NCBI GenBank assembly: GCA_036339875.1
Contig: JAYZAC010000108.1
Location: 1-13,139 of the forward strand
DNA length: 13,139 nucleotides
DNA from: a bacterium
GTDB lineage: Bacteria; Muiribacteriota; UBA6191
Direction of reading: 5' to 3'
Shown here one piece after another: positions 1-8,648 of the stretch; the first letter of the stretch is position 1; the number at the start of each line of letters is the position of its first letter. Both the position numbers and the translations under genes were made by a program. The notes beneath the pieces are model-generated. The model saw only the letters and a list, made by a program, of their open reading frames with translations, was not told where the DNA came from and searched no databases.

Positions 1-10
1 GGAGAGGCTT

Positions 11-1129
11 ATGGCTCAAGCATATGTGCCTAGTTTAGATGTTTTAGAAAATACGGTTATTCGGCGAGAGCGTCGTTTGCCTCTAAAGGGTACTACGAAT
101 GTAAAGCTTGGTGATTTAGTGCAGCAAGAGACCGTGGTTGCCTCAACTGAGTTACCTGGAAAGCCAGTTCCAATTAGTGCTGCAGTCAAATTGGGCGTCC
201 CTCCCAATGAATTACAAGAATGTATGCTCAAACAAGCTGGAGATGATATATCTCAGGATGAGCAAATAGGATTGGCCTACAGTTTTTTTGGTTTGTTCAA
301 AACTCCTCTGATTTCGCCGATCCGCGGAACAATTGATTCTATTTCGAATATATCAGGTCAAATAATTTTACGAGAGGCACCGGTTCCTGTGCAGGTAAAT
401 GGTTATATTTCAGGAAAGATCATTGATGTGGAGGAAGGAGAGGCTGTTACCGTCGAAACAAATGCAGCATTGGTTCAAGGGATTTTTGGAATAGGAGGAG
501 AAAAGGTAGGTGAATTAGTTAAAGTTGTAGCAAATAGAGATACTATTCTTACTCCGGATCACGTTTCGGCAGATCATAAAGATAAAATTTTAATTGCTGG
601 AAATTTAATGACGCACGAAGCCATAAATAAAGCTCACGATGTGGGTGTTTTGGGAATTATTGGTGGTGGTATCAATGATCAAGACCTTAAAGTCATTCTA
701 GGTTATGATCTTGGTGTAGCCATTACTGGAAATGAGGTTGGGCCTACACTAGTGGTCACAGAAGGTTTCGGGAATATTTCGATGGGAGAGCGTACATTTG
801 ATTTGCTGTGCTCTCATGAAGGACGTAAAGCCTCGATCAATGGTGCAACACAGATTCGAGCAGGCGTGATACGTCCTGAAGTTATAATACCCTTAGATAA
901 TACTACCTCTAAAAAGAATTTAACTACAGCTTCAGAGGGTAAAGTTATGGCTGTTGGAAGTAAAATCCGTATCATCCGTGATCCTAATTTTGGAGCAGTG
1001 GCCGAAATAATTGCTTTACCTCATGAACAAACTTTAATTCCTACGGGTGCTCACGTTCGTGTTGCGACTATAAAGCTTGAGGATGGAACGCAGTATGATA
1101 TTCCGCGAGCTAATATTGAGATTCTTTAG
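11..1129 (+). CDS. Conserved hypothetical cytoplasmic protein (barrel-sandwich-hybrid-like repeats, central alpha/beta domain, C-terminal KOW-like motif)
   Basis: 372-aa ORF with an SD-like GGAGAGG at 1-7. Segments VKLGDLVQQETVVAS, LISPIRGTIDSIS and VNGYISGKIIDVEEG resemble RnfC_N/NqrA/biotinyl-lipoyl-like hybrid motifs. It also has Gly-rich QGIFGIGGE and LVVTEGFG, and a KOW-like VGSKIRIIRDPNFGAVAEI. No signal peptide or TM segment is evident. Function unknown. Confidence 0.75.
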   Translation: MAQAYVPSLDVLENTVIRRERRLPLKGTTNVKLGDLVQQETVVASTELPGKPVPISAAVKLGVPPNELQECMLKQAGDDISQDEQIGLAYSFFGLFKTPLISPIRGTIDSISNISGQIILREAPVPVQVNGYISGKIIDVEEGEAVTVETNAALVQGIFGIGGEKVGELVKVVANRDTILTPDHVSADHKDKILIAGNLMTHEAINKAHDVGVLGIIGGGINDQDLKVILGYDLGVAITGNEVGPTLVVTEGFGNISMGERTFDLLCSHEGRKASINGATQIRAGVIRPEVIIPLDNTTSKKNLTTASEGKVMAVGSKIRIIRDPNFGAVAEIIALPHEQTLIPTGAHVRVATIKLEDGTQYDIPRANIEIL

Positions 1130-2837
1130 GTTCCAATAGCTGAAAATGTAACTCTGAAGCTAGTTGTTCACTATCTTTAAATAGAATCTTATATTTACCA
1201 GCTGGCAGGTCGGTAGTTTTGATTATTACAGAGCCTTGCTTTCCTTTAGAGCAGACTTCTGATATCCGATTGGATTTAGGATAAGGGACTAGAGACATCG
1301 AAAAACATAAATTAGGTTTATCAGTTTGCCAGCGAAGTGCTATAGAATCTTTGGTATTAAAAACTTGTGTCTCTAAGTAGTTCTGCCTAGGATTAGCAGC
1401 GATTAGCCACATGATCGGAGTAGTAGCATCAGGAATAAATTGATTCCAAACACCATTATTTAAGCCTCTTAGCTTAGCTTGGTTTAGCTGAGATTCCTCA
1501 CTATCTAAGTAGATTCTTAGTTCAGGATTCAAAGCTTTAATACTTGAAAAAATACTGAAAAACCTCCACTCATCATCTGGTAAATTATGTAGATCCTTAT
1601 TCCATTTGGGCCAGTTTACTGTGGGAACTTGTTTTTCTAGCCATTTAAGGTGTTTAGGATGCATTAATCTATGCAAAGCAACCGCTGCTAATTGTGACTG
1701 ATGAAGTTGCACTGATAGGATATTATCTTTAGCTATAAACAGACTAGGAGTTCCTTGTTTACTGAGCTGAATCGCTTGTGAAATTCGACTTTTATCAAAT
1801 TGGCTGTATTTTGGAAAAGGGTCGCTAGGTAAGACAAAGTAGAGTATCCAAGCCGATAGTAGAAAAGTTTTTCTAAGATTAGCAGATAAGATGTCGAAAA
1901 TTTGAGATAGACAAGCGATTGTAAGAACGCTAGGAAGTGCCAGATAGGTCCATAGATCATTAATAGCGTAAAAAGGCAATAATACGCATTGAGAGAAGAG
2001 TAGAGCAAACAAAAAGAAACACTTCTGTTTAGCTATTCCAAGCACAAAGACACCGAGAAGAATTAATCCGAATATAGGAGGAATTGAGTAGACTATAGAG
2101 TCGAATAATCTATATAATTGTTGTGAGTTGGGCCAAGTTAAATACACTTGGGCATAATTGCTAGCGCTGGCAAAATCTATCAAATCAGACAAATTTCCTA
2201 GTTCATACCATTGATTTCTCAGCTCGGGTTGTGTTCCAAACCAATATAAATAAACAAAATTATAGATCACGGGTACAAGAAAGACTGGTAATGAATAGAG
2301 TTGCTTTAGGCCTTGTGTGCGGCATCCATATATAATTAAAATGATACAGAAAAATAAGCTTGAACTATGGTGAATAGCTAGTAGGCCTATTACAAAATAA
2401 AAAATATTAGATTTATCAGATTTATCGTACAAAGATATTGCAAGGCAAGCTAAAAAAACTTGTAACGCATAGACTTCAAGATTTGTAGCAGCATAGACAA
2501 AAGGCTTAAAGAGAAGTAAGGACGCTACTCCAAACCAAGTTGCCAGTTGTGACCATTTGAATTTTGTTTTTAATAATTCTATAGATATGACTAGTAGTGT
2601 AATCTGAAATAATAAAAGTATGGTTAGTTGAATTTGTTTTCCAACAGGAAAGCATTCAAGTAAAGCATGATTTATGCTGAGATATATTGAATATCCGGGT
2701 GGATGAGCAATTCCGCCTTGTTGCAGTGTTAACCATAATTCAATTGAGTCTGGATCTCTTAGAATGAAATCGCATTGTGAGATTAGACCAATTAATAAAG
2801 CAAGTGAAGGAAGCCATTTTAGTAAGTACATTTGCAT
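1110..2837 (-). CDS. DUF2723 / TMEM260-like multi-pass membrane glycosyltransferase (GT-C fold, putative protein O-mannosyltransferase-like)
   Basis: 575-aa ORF. After the first hydrophobic helix, DPDSIEL...GIAHPPGYSIY matches the DUF2723 signature (DSxE...GxAHPPGYPLY), and ATNLEVYAL matches the family AEVY motif. Many hydrophobic segments lie in the first ~340 aa, followed by a soluble tail ending in a beta-rich segment (DSIALRWQT...LPAGKYKILF). Confidence 0.75.
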   Translation of the reverse strand: MQMYLLKWLPSLALLIGLISQCDFILRDPDSIELWLTLQQGGIAHPPGYSIYLSINHALLECFPVGKQIQLTILLLFQITLLVISIELLKTKFKWSQLATWFGVASLLLFKPFVYAATNLEVYALQVFLACLAISLYDKSDKSNIFYFVIGLLAIHHSSSLFFCIILIIYGCRTQGLKQLYSLPVFLVPVIYNFVYLYWFGTQPELRNQWYELGNLSDLIDFASASNYAQVYLTWPNSQQLYRLFDSIVYSIPPIFGLILLGVFVLGIAKQKCFFLFALLFSQCVLLPFYAINDLWTYLALPSVLTIACLSQIFDILSANLRKTFLLSAWILYFVLPSDPFPKYSQFDKSRISQAIQLSKQGTPSLFIAKDNILSVQLHQSQLAAVALHRLMHPKHLKWLEKQVPTVNWPKWNKDLHNLPDDEWRFFSIFSSIKALNPELRIYLDSEESQLNQAKLRGLNNGVWNQFIPDATTPIMWLIAANPRQNYLETQVFNTKDSIALRWQTDKPNLCFSMSLVPYPKSNRISEVCSKGKQGSVIIKTTDLPAGKYKILFKDSEQLASELHFQLLEPKESQY

Positions 2838-2874
2838 AGCATTTGCACTTTACCAAATTTATTTGTAAGAGTTT

Positions 2875-2917
2875 AAAATAAAAAGAAGCCCTCACTATGT
2901 AAATGAGTGAGGGCTTC
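2875..2917 (-). terminator. Rho-independent terminator of the metallopeptidase gene
   Basis: Perfect 12-bp inverted repeat GAAGCCCTCACT (2885-2896) / AGTGAGGGCTTC (2906-2917) with a 9-nt loop. It is followed on the minus strand by TTTTTATTTT and lies 21 nt downstream of the stop codon ending at 2939. Confidence 0.92.
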
Positions 2918-2938
2918 AAACTATTTATAATTAATTGA

Positions 2939-5900
2939 TTATAAATTCAGAATAGTTGGATAGCTTACAACTCCAGATTTGGTCTCAATAATTAAATGTA
3001 ATGTAGTCATTCTATCAGCAGTTTTCTTACCTTTGATAGTTAAAAATCTTGTATCGCGATCTAGTTGAAAGCTGTCTTCTTCCAACTGAACTCCTTCGGC
3101 GAAAATCTTAAGCTTTGATTCCTCGATATCTCCCATACTTCTTACATTGATTTTCAAACTAAAATTATTACCTGATACAGCTCGAGATACTTCTCTCACC
3201 GCAACGATGGACTTACCACGAAGACGACTCGGAAGATTACGCAATTTACGCATTAACTTTTCTTCCCGACCTTTGATTTCGGAAGCAAGTCTTCGAACCT
3301 CGTCCTGATTATTTAGAAGCAACTGAACTTCAAGTTCACTTCGCAACAAGCTGTTTTCTCCCATTTCTAAAATGGTATTGTCCGAATTATCCTGAGTTGC
3401 CAAAATAGCCATTTCTTGATCAGTTAAGATTGCTTCGTAACTCTCCTCGCTACGCATATATTTCTCGAGTACCTCTAAGTGATTCTGATTATTTAGACTA
3501 ATTCCTCCTTCGAAGCTCGCTAATTGATCAACAAAGCTCTGATGGGCTCTTTCGGTACGTTCTTGAAGTATCACTATATTGTGTACATGACTAGCGCTTC
3601 CCAAAGTTTCAGGAGTTATAGTTGACTCCTTGTATGGTGTGAAAGCAGCGTCTATACCAGCAGGTACCTTGCTCGGAATACCGTACAGTGTCTTGGTTGA
3701 CTTATAGATACTATGACCGAGAAGGCCAGTACCAGTGGCCGTACCTAGAATAGCAAAAACTTTAGAAATATTTGTAGGATCTATAACTGACGTTAAACCA
3801 GCTAATTGAGTAACCCATTTTGCAATTTGTACGTACTCACGTTTTTGTAGGGTGTGAGCATGAACACTATTGATTTCTTGCAAAATCGGAGCAAGTTGCT
3901 CTCGTACAGCATCTTGGGCGACATCAACATCATAGCTAGTCTCTAATGCTTTAGATTTATCAGCAAGATAAGCTACATTTTTCTGACCAACATCAACTAG
4001 TCCGATACGAGGAAAACTCATTAGTGCGTATTTGCCTGCGGTTTTTACTGCAAAGAGTTTTAGTGCATCTTCGTGGTCATATTCAACATTGATATCTTTA
4101 GTATTTGCATAGATACCTGTGATCACAGATGTAGCTATGGGTACTATTGTGTTGTATGGAGGTCGCAATTTTACACTGATTAAAGAAACAACTTTATTCA
4201 AAATTTGAATAATTTTAGCTTGAATCTTCTTGAGGACTTTTTCTCCCAGTATTCCAATGATCCCACCCTTTGTAATTACAGGCTTTAGAAGTGATGAGGC
4301 TGTTTCTCTAGCCGAGAAGAAAAACCTTACCAAGTCCAGAATACACATAGCTGTATCCTCTGCCATTACTAAGCCTTCATTGTAAGTACTCAGAATAACG
4401 GATTGAGCTAAAGCCATTCGACGTAATGGTTCTTTATATTTATCATTTCCGTCTTGCTGCCATCCATCAAGTATATTTTCTAGCTCGCTTACATCGTAAT
4501 CTTTAATTGCAAAACCATCCGGCAATGGTAAATGTGGAAAGCCTCGAGCTATTTCTAGAAGTTTCCATATTTTAAGGATCTGACCTTCAATTACTTTTGG
4601 GTCAATTTGAAGGTGAGAAAGATTATGAGTTCCTTCTTTTGCCTTACTTACCAAATAGTCAATATTGTCATGGGCATCGTCTTTATCATCTGCTTGAATC
4701 GTTTTTGATCCCATGTTTACAGAGAACTGTTCCATTAACTCCGGATTATTGACGGAGTTGAAAAGGCGGAACTGATAGCCTCTTAGGAATTGACGAAACT
4801 CAGGTGCAATTTTGTTTCGAGTTTCTTCTTCTAAATTTAGGAATTCTTTCTGCAATGTATCCAGTAGGTTAGGATACTGCATTAGTTTCTTCATAAATTG
4901 TTCATCACTACTAGCCCACTCATCGAGAAGACTTAGGCTTGCGGGCTTAGCAGTTTCGAATTCGACATTGTACTTAAGTTCACCACCCAGAGTAGAAATT
5001 GGAATTAAAGTAAATTCTTCAACTCCCTCTAAATTCTCTGTCCAGCTGGCATCGTTTTTACTATCTAACTCAACGTTACTTACTACTTTTTTACCATCAG
5101 TGTAGCGTAAAAATTTCTTTAATAGAAAGCGCTTATCTTTTCCAACCCAACCTTTATTCTGTCCATTGAATTTTATTGTCACACTATCGACAGTTGACAT
5201 TCCTAAAGTTTGAAAGGAGTAAACGGGAATCATTCCACTTAGCTCGGCGATATCAGATTTCAGTGTGTAGTTCACTTGAGTTACCCTAACACCAGCGCCT
5301 CTGAAAGGACCCACTTCGACAAAGTGTCGACCCTGTTCGTCAGTGGTAGTTGGCATCTTTACATATTGACCATCGATTTCAGCTTGATTAGGGATATAAG
5401 CTTGCGGAGGTAATTGACCTTCGTTAATATTCCAACTTACAGTACCAGGAAACTCCGCGAAAATTTTGATCTTGTCTACAAGAGTAGGATTCACGGGCTC
5501 ACTAGCAACGCGAGGAGTCATTCTAATAAAGTCAGCACCACGTTGATTAACTTTTCCTTCCATAGAAGACGGAAGTGCATCAAATGCATAGACAGACGTA
5601 GGTTGAACCTGCATAGGCAAAGTACGATCATAGCCATATTGACCATTATCAAGATCCCAATCATTTACATAGTTGGCTACGAGGAAATCAGGAACAATCT
5701 CATCGATTGTAAAGTCATATCCATTAGCAGCCAATACTTCATCCATTGACTCAATTGATTGCTTTGGACTCTGTACAATTTCACTGAAAACCTTAGCAAC
5801 TGTTTCCATATCCCCTAGTTTCTTGGAGAGTAGATAATACATAAACAAGTAGACATTTCCGTAGTCGTCCAATCCATTATTGAACTCATCTAATTGGGTA

Positions 5901-6643
5901 TCTGGTTGCTGGATAAAAGATAGGATTTGTGGAGCATGGCCGTAGTTGTTAACGTAAAATGCGATCTGGCTCATAGCTTCATTTAACCAAAGCTTTTCTC
6001 GTTTATCATAGTTGTGATGGATCATGTGTTGGAATTCATGAGCAAGAATTCCAAGATAATCAGGTCGTGTAGGATCTCCGGGAAAAACATCCATGTAGAA
6101 CATTTCTCTCTCATTACTGAATTGCCACAACTCAGAACTGTAAGTGTCCAGAGGTGAAAAATAGCCCGCCACATAACCTCTGCCTGGCTCCCATCCATCC
6201 TGGATGTCTAGAAACAAAAGTGTGATTCTCTTATCAAAATCAATTCCAGGACTAGCTTCAGAACCGAAAAATTTATGGTTTGTGTCATAAATTTGATTGT
6301 CGAATTGATCTGCCAAGTTTTGAATCGTTTCTTTGGATACTCGACTCTCCTGCTCCAGTTCTAAGTAAATATAGCAATGCTTGCCTATGTGTTGAAGGGT
6401 TGCTTGAATTTCAGTCGGTTGATTGGTAGCAACATTCATTGTCCAGAATGTTTTAATGTCACCGGCGCGAGGAGCTACTTGAAGCTGTTTTCGAGCGACA
6501 GGTTGTGGTGCGCCATGTTCTTGCATTAACTCTTGAAACTTATCTTGCGCCCACTGATAACCCATGATCGCAGTGTTTTTCTGGTTAGCAGCAGTCGGAT
6601 GCAAAGCCACCGCAAAAACCATCAATAATGTAAAGATCCTCAT
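2939..6643 (-). CDS. Large secreted zinc metallopeptidase (M30/hyicolysin-like catalytic domain) with long uncharacterised C-terminal region
   Basis: The ORF track gives 2939..6679. I prefer the ATG at 6643 because AAGGA lies 6 nt upstream and it yields a clean signal peptide MRIFTLLMVFAVALHPTAA (1234 aa). Zinc motif ILAHEFQHMIH (HEFQH at 6026-6040) with a downstream third ligand in WLNEAMS. Upstream motifs FFGSEASPGIDFDKRITLLFLDI, YVAGYF and SNEREMFYMD, and downstream DYGNVYLFMYYL, are typical of M30-like proteins. Confidence 0.8.
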   Translation of the reverse strand: MRIFTLLMVFAVALHPTAANQKNTAIMGYQWAQDKFQELMQEHGAPQPVARKQLQVAPRAGDIKTFWTMNVATNQPTEIQATLQHIGKHCYIYLELEQESRVSKETIQNLADQFDNQIYDTNHKFFGSEASPGIDFDKRITLLFLDIQDGWEPGRGYVAGYFSPLDTYSSELWQFSNEREMFYMDVFPGDPTRPDYLGILAHEFQHMIHHNYDKREKLWLNEAMSQIAFYVNNYGHAPQILSFIQQPDTQLDEFNNGLDDYGNVYLFMYYLLSKKLGDMETVAKVFSEIVQSPKQSIESMDEVLAANGYDFTIDEIVPDFLVANYVNDWDLDNGQYGYDRTLPMQVQPTSVYAFDALPSSMEGKVNQRGADFIRMTPRVASEPVNPTLVDKIKIFAEFPGTVSWNINEGQLPPQAYIPNQAEIDGQYVKMPTTTDEQGRHFVEVGPFRGAGVRVTQVNYTLKSDIAELSGMIPVYSFQTLGMSTVDSVTIKFNGQNKGWVGKDKRFLLKKFLRYTDGKKVVSNVELDSKNDASWTENLEGVEEFTLIPISTLGGELKYNVEFETAKPASLSLLDEWASSDEQFMKKLMQYPNLLDTLQKEFLNLEEETRNKIAPEFRQFLRGYQFRLFNSVNNPELMEQFSVNMGSKTIQADDKDDAHDNIDYLVSKAKEGTHNLSHLQIDPKVIEGQILKIWKLLEIARGFPHLPLPDGFAIKDYDVSELENILDGWQQDGNDKYKEPLRRMALAQSVILSTYNEGLVMAEDTAMCILDLVRFFFSARETASSLLKPVITKGGIIGILGEKVLKKIQAKIIQILNKVVSLISVKLRPPYNTIVPIATSVITGIYANTKDINVEYDHEDALKLFAVKTAGKYALMSFPRIGLVDVGQKNVAYLADKSKALETSYDVDVAQDAVREQLAPILQEINSVHAHTLQKREYVQIAKWVTQLAGLTSVIDPTNISKVFAILGTATGTGLLGHSIYKSTKTLYGIPSKVPAGIDAAFTPYKESTITPETLGSASHVHNIVILQERTERAHQSFVDQLASFEGGISLNNQNHLEVLEKYMRSEESYEAILTDQEMAILATQDNSDNTILEMGENSLLRSELEVQLLLNNQDEVRRLASEIKGREEKLMRKLRNLPSRLRGKSIVAVREVSRAVSGNNFSLKINVRSMGDIEESKLKIFAEGVQLEEDSFQLDRDTRFLTIKGKKTADRMTTLHLIIETKSGVVSYPTILNL

Positions 6644-6754
6644 TCTATATCCTTTCCGAATCACTTTTTCCAACAACATCTATCTTTGGTAAATACACCA
6701 AAACCTTTATATACGTAGGTAAACCGGACAGTATAAGGACTAAGATTAAACTGT

Positions 6755-7423
6755 CTAGCCATGTTTTAATTTATTTTTTTTACCATATTTACAATGGCCC
6801 ATGATTCTACAGTTACTGCACTGAGGTCGTCTAGCTACGCATGTTTTTCTTCCATGTAATATAAGAAGGTGTGAAAGTATAGTCCAGTCAGCCTGTGGAA
6901 ATAATTTCATTAGTTCTTTTTCAATTTTTTCTGGGGTCTTGTTTTTGGCAATTCCCAAAAGTTGAGTAATACGACTAACATGGGTATCCACAACAATACC
7001 TTCATTTATATTGAATATATTACCTAATACGACGTTAGCAGTTTTACGACCCACACCACCCAATTCAATTAGATCTTCCATTTTGGATGGGACTTGTCCG
7101 TTATGTTTTTCAACTAATGTCTTACAGCATTTGATTATATTTTTTGCTTTTGATCGATAAAGTCCGATTCTTTTAATATCAAATTCAAGCTCTTCTAACT
7201 CACTAGAGGCATATGCTTCAGCATTCGGATATTTTTTGAATAAATTGGGTGTTACTCTATTTACCATTGCATCTGTGCATTGTGCAGAAAGAATGGTTGC
7301 AATAAGTAATTCTAAAGCGTTTGAGTGAGTAAGTTCACATGAAGCATCGGGAAACTCCTCTAATAGGCTCATGTATATGGTACTTGATCGTTCTAGTAAC
7401 GCTTTTTTCGACTCTCTTGGCAT
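6755..7423 (-). CDS. nth: Endonuclease III (DNA glycosylase/AP lyase, 4Fe-4S)
   Basis: LLIATILSAQCTD, HhH motif LIELGGVGRKTANVVL with the catalytic Lys, VDTHV with the catalytic Asp, and the C-x6-C-x2-C-x5-C cluster motif CVARRPQCSNCRIMGHC. Confidence 0.97.
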   Translation of the reverse strand: MPRESKKALLERSSTIYMSLLEEFPDASCELTHSNALELLIATILSAQCTDAMVNRVTPNLFKKYPNAEAYASSELEELEFDIKRIGLYRSKAKNIIKCCKTLVEKHNGQVPSKMEDLIELGGVGRKTANVVLGNIFNINEGIVVDTHVSRITQLLGIAKNKTPEKIEKELMKLFPQADWTILSHLLILHGRKTCVARRPQCSNCRIMGHCKYGKKNKLKHG

Positions 7424-7531
7424 AGGATTAATTCGGTGTATAAATTATCATTAATCTGTCTGATTTTATCGCTAATTAGGTGTTTAAAAGGAAAAACTAT
7501 ACTCTCGGCTATGATGTAGTATATTAGTTAA
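7424..7531. promoter_or_regulatory. Divergent promoter region between nth and the permease
   Basis: 108-nt AT-rich gap between divergently oriented genes. The plus strand has -10-like hexamers TATACT (7498-7503), TATGAT (7510-7515) and TATATT (7520-7525). No convincing -35 element was identified. Confidence 0.45.
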
Positions 7532-8578
7532 ATGTTAACAATTCCAATGGATATAATCCTAGCAAGTTGGTCTCTGACTGTCGCGGCAGCTCCCTATTTA
7601 TTGGGTGGGTTTGCAATAGCCGGTGTTATGAAGGCATTGCTACCTGATAAACTTGTGGTGAATGTATTGGGGAAGAAAGATATATCTTCCGTAGCCAAAG
7701 CAGCTCTTATTGGAGCTCCATTGCCCCTCTGTTCTTGTGGGGTAGTACCTGTCGTTCAAGGTATTCACAGGCAAGGTGCTTCTAGAGGCGCGTCAATAAG
7801 CTTTTTAGTATCTACTCCTGAAACAGGGGCAGATTCTGTTGCTATGACTTATGCCATGATGGGATGGCCTTTAGCCGTAATCCGACCCATAGCGGCAGTC
7901 ATTACAGCTTTCATTGCAGGTCTTGTGGAAATTTTGTTTGGGGAACCGGGAAATTCTGAAATTACAGAAAACAAAAGTTGTTGCCCAAGTAAGGCCTCTG
8001 CTGAATCAGAATGCAGCTCGTCTCAAACGGTTCCGGTGAGTTTTTTGATTCGTCTCAAAAATGGAATGCGATATGCATATGTTGATCTAATGCGCGATAT
8101 AAGTAAGAACTTATTGATTGGATTTCTTCTCGGGGGTTTGATAACTCATTTTGTGACTATTTCCTTTTTAGAAAGCTATTTTTCAGGATCTTTGCTGGGA
8201 ATGTTAGGTATGATCGTATTTGCGACTCCACTTTATATTTGTGCAGCGGCTTCGACACCGGTGGCTGCAGCATTTATGATGAAAGGGATGAGTGCTGGTA
8301 CCGCTTTGGTTTTTTTAATGGCGGGACCGGCAACGAATATTGCCTCTTTAAGTGTGTTAACTAAAATCTTTGGTAAACGTAGTATTTTACTTTACGTGAT
8401 AGTGATTTTGATTTGCTCCTTATGCTTCGGCTTATTTTTTGATTGGCTGGTTGCAAACTATAAACTACCAATGAATGTGGTCACGAATCATCATCATGAA
8501 AATAGCGGTGTTGTTTCTCAGTTTTGTGCGGTCGTCCTTTTGGCAAGCATCACATATCACACGCTTAAAACGAAATAG
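7532..8578 (+). CDS. SO_0444-family / ArsP_1 (DUF318) permease, putative heavy-metal (Cu/Zn) efflux transporter
   Basis: Family motifs GAPLPLCSCGVVP, FLVSTPETGADS, PLYICAAASTP and FLMAGPATN. Two hydrophobic halves are joined by a Cys/Ser-rich linker (KSCCPSKASAESECSSS), and HHHE lies near the C-terminus. Confidence 0.88.
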   Translation: MLTIPMDIILASWSLTVAAAPYLLGGFAIAGVMKALLPDKLVVNVLGKKDISSVAKAALIGAPLPLCSCGVVPVVQGIHRQGASRGASISFLVSTPETGADSVAMTYAMMGWPLAVIRPIAAVITAFIAGLVEILFGEPGNSEITENKSCCPSKASAESECSSSQTVPVSFLIRLKNGMRYAYVDLMRDISKNLLIGFLLGGLITHFVTISFLESYFSGSLLGMLGMIVFATPLYICAAASTPVAAAFMMKGMSAGTALVFLMAGPATNIASLSVLTKIFGKRSILLYVIVILICSLCFGLFFDWLVANYKLPMNVVTNHHHENSGVVSQFCAVVLLASITYHTLKTK

Positions 8579-8648
8579 ATAAAGCTTTTTAGTTAAGGCT
8601 TGCCTATTTATCGGGCTCAATAAACTACAAACCAAAAGACCTCTGAGT

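Noticed and set aside
16..231. 71-aa minus-strand ORF
   Set aside because: Antisense shadow of the 372-aa gene, with no recognisable motif.
1733..2008. 91-aa minus-strand ORF in an alternate frame
   Set aside because: Nested within the DUF2723-like gene, whose own frame is uninterrupted.
4812..5749. 97-aa and 111-aa plus-strand ORFs as possible immunity genes
   Set aside because: Both are antisense to the peptidase, have non-ATG starts and have atypical composition.
6644..6679. Upstream ATG start for the peptidase (1246 aa)
   Set aside because: It has no good SD. The ATG at 6643 has AAGGA and gives a canonical signal peptide.
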